Source of the DNA: Rotaria socialis
Lineage: Eukaryota
DNA length: 64,000 nucleotides
Direction of reading: 5' to 3'
Assembly: GCA_905331295.1 (NCBI GenBank)
Contig: CAJNYD010000403.1
Span: 1 to 64,000, forward strand
In this document: positions 61,507-64,000 of the stretch, in pieces
Layout of the letters: every line of letters begins with the position of its first letter
How positions within the stretch are numbered: the first letter of the stretch is position 1
Program-made: the position numbers and the translations under genes
Notes under the pieces: model-generated
What the model was told of the DNA's origin: nothing
Database searches by the model: none
Seen by the model: only the letters and a program-made list of their open reading frames with translations

Positions 61507-64000
61507 TCATAGATAAAAAAAATATAATTCTTTGTCACAATGTCTTTTGTTTATTTGTTTTACTTTTATATACTTTTTTCCCGCGTATAAAAACATATAT
61601 ATATATATATATTAGAAGAACGTTATTGTGTTATATGTATACCTTAAGTAGGATAGATTCATTACCTTACCCTGTGATGAGTTCTTTCTCCTTATTTGTT
61701 TTGTTTTTCGTCTATTGTCCGTTGCTACGCATTATTTCGATCTGATTTTCAGTATTGTTATTATTCTTCATGTGTTTTTTTCCTCTCTTGTGAACATCAG
61801 GGTTGTCGTGATGCGTTTAACGCAGTTTAAGGTTGGGTTGTACACTTGATTAACGAGGTGAATTATTCATAATTTGAGCCGTTAAGTCTCGAATTCAATC
61901 ATTTCTTGTTTGTGTCTCTCATTCATTCTGTAATTGCGCACTCCGACATATAATATATTTGTTATAGTCTCGTTCCATTTCTATTGTATATATTTAAACG
62001 CCTCTCTCTTTCTCTCTTTCGCCTGTTGTTCGTTGCCATTTTTGTGCCATTTCATGCTCTTGCTTGAAGCAACAAAATCTAGTTCGGCAGCGATAATATG
62101 ATATTTTTCATAATGTATATAGAAATATGTTTCTTGATTATTGCGAAGCATCACACATTCATAACTTGTGAATATTTACTCCACTTTTCTCTTTGTTTTC
62201 ACCTATACCGGTCTCTCGATCTTCTATTGTTTCTTTCTTTTGTTATTAACTTGTATTGATGTTTTTTTTCTTCTTCTATGTCTGGGATGAAATTCAAACA
62301 GACAGACATGCTGTGCGTAATGATGACCAAAGGCCATGTGAGACATAGTTTTTCATTTGTATTGATTTCTGTTCCTTTTTTTTCTCGTTCTTGTATTCTG
62401 TATGCCCCTCTTTTTTTTTGTGTAAGCAGATCGTTCGAGTTATTTCATGTAAAACATACGAAATGTCTTGAATAAGAGAAGAGAAAATTACTTTAGCGAG
62501 ACAGATAAGTAAAAGGGATTAATATTATTAATATTTAGTTTAAGTTAATATTTAAAAAAATAAAATATTAAATTAATAAATAAAAGTTAATGTAGGGTTT
62601 TTTTTTGTAGTTGAATTATCAAAGAAAAATATTTGCTATGGTAAAAATAGATTTAGCTGATAAAAAGTATAAAATGAAAACATTATTTATCGAGAGTAGA
62701 ATTGTGTTGATCAAGCTCGGTTTTGTCAGCTATATTATTCAGGATGTTATTACCGAGCAAGATGTTGATGTTATCTCATATTGATACAACATCAAGTATA
62801 TCATACGATTTATTGCGTCGTTGAAAAAAATGTTTATTTGAGAAGTTTAAAGAGTAGAATATGTTCTTGGATAATGTTAATATGCATTTATTGCACACTA
62901 TGGAATATGGAGTCAAAACGATTGATTATGTAAAGCATCAGTATGAAAAGGTCATTATCCTAGCATTTCGTTTCCAACGGCCTCAGTGATTTATGGCAAA
63001 GAAATACATAATAAACTTCGAAATTATTGTTCTCGTACTGGAGATAGATTATTATTGTAAATACCATGAGGGAATTGCGTCGTTCGCTTTTTTTAGGAGT
63101 AAAAATAAGATTTTTCTCTGTAAAAATTTACACGCTATTTAGAAATCGAGTGATAATTATACCGTTTGCTAACAACTACGATGTATTAAATAGCCATCGG
63201 ATTGTGAGATCTTAGAAATTTTCTTGATTCTGATCTAACCCAAAGCAATAACGATAGCCTAACAATTTGCGAATAACAGTCTGCTTTGTTTATTATTGTT
63301 TTACGAAGAGAAAAAAAGAACATGTGAAGCCATTCAAAGTATTCATAGGTCAAATGTCATTGACTCGTGATATAGCACCATGCCAAATTGTCATTCATTC
63401 GATGTTGTAAACAAAATTTAACTAGGACGCAAATAGTAGCTAATGTACTTATCGGGAAAAAAATGCGCAGTTAATGTTGTTTTTCTCTTTTGTTAACGAA
63501 AAAAAATAAATAAGCCAAATAATGTACACACGCATGTAAGAAGAAAGTGAAAAACGACACCGGTTTATAAACCAGTATGGTTATTCGTCCAACAACTGGT
63601 ACATTCATTATTCAATCGCACGCACACAAAAAAAAGACGTGATGTATAATAATCTAATAAATTGCATTGATCAATATAATTTATTTCTCACTGTCAACTT
63701 TAATAAAAATTCTTTTTTTTTACAATGTAAAGCAATCAATTGATAAGTCATATTTTTTTTCATCGAACAAGAAGATAGGCGCAAAATGTTCGATGAACAT
63801 AAGAATTAAAGTATTGAAGAAATGTCAATTGAGATTAGACCAATAGTCTAGGATTGACATTGATCATTTACTTGGCTATTCAATACAGCAAATATTAATA
63901 TGTTTTCAAAAAAAAATTCAAGGCGTGATGAGCCGTTTCTCAATTAAACCTTGGGTTGTAAACTTATTTTCTTTTTTCAACAAAATTATATTTAATAAAC

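Overview
AT-rich eukaryotic DNA with many ~50-60 bp GT-AG introns. The gene families (intron-bearing pentapeptide-repeat protein, B-box/propeller and F-box expansions) and TGTGGG/TGAGGG telomere-like motifs point to a bdelloid rotifer; this is inferred, not proven. Bases 1-36.2 kb are an accessory, probably subtelomere-like zone. It holds a bacterial-type pentapeptide-repeat gene, LRR, F-box and B-box (pseudo)genes, nested MITEs, and about a dozen mini-elements with telomere-like inverted ends. It also holds a 3'-truncated FLYWCH-MULE transposase, an intact Ginger2-type integrase transposon, a 2.9 kb TGT...ACA element carrying a decayed spliced gene, and two degenerate hammerhead-like motifs. 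Bases 37-64 kb are an ordinary gene block: a class A GPCR, a coiled-coil gene head-to-head with a divergent Shaker-type channel (filter TALGEG), ROCK and MNK. Exon boundaries were worked out by hand from splice signals and reading frame; no database searches were run.
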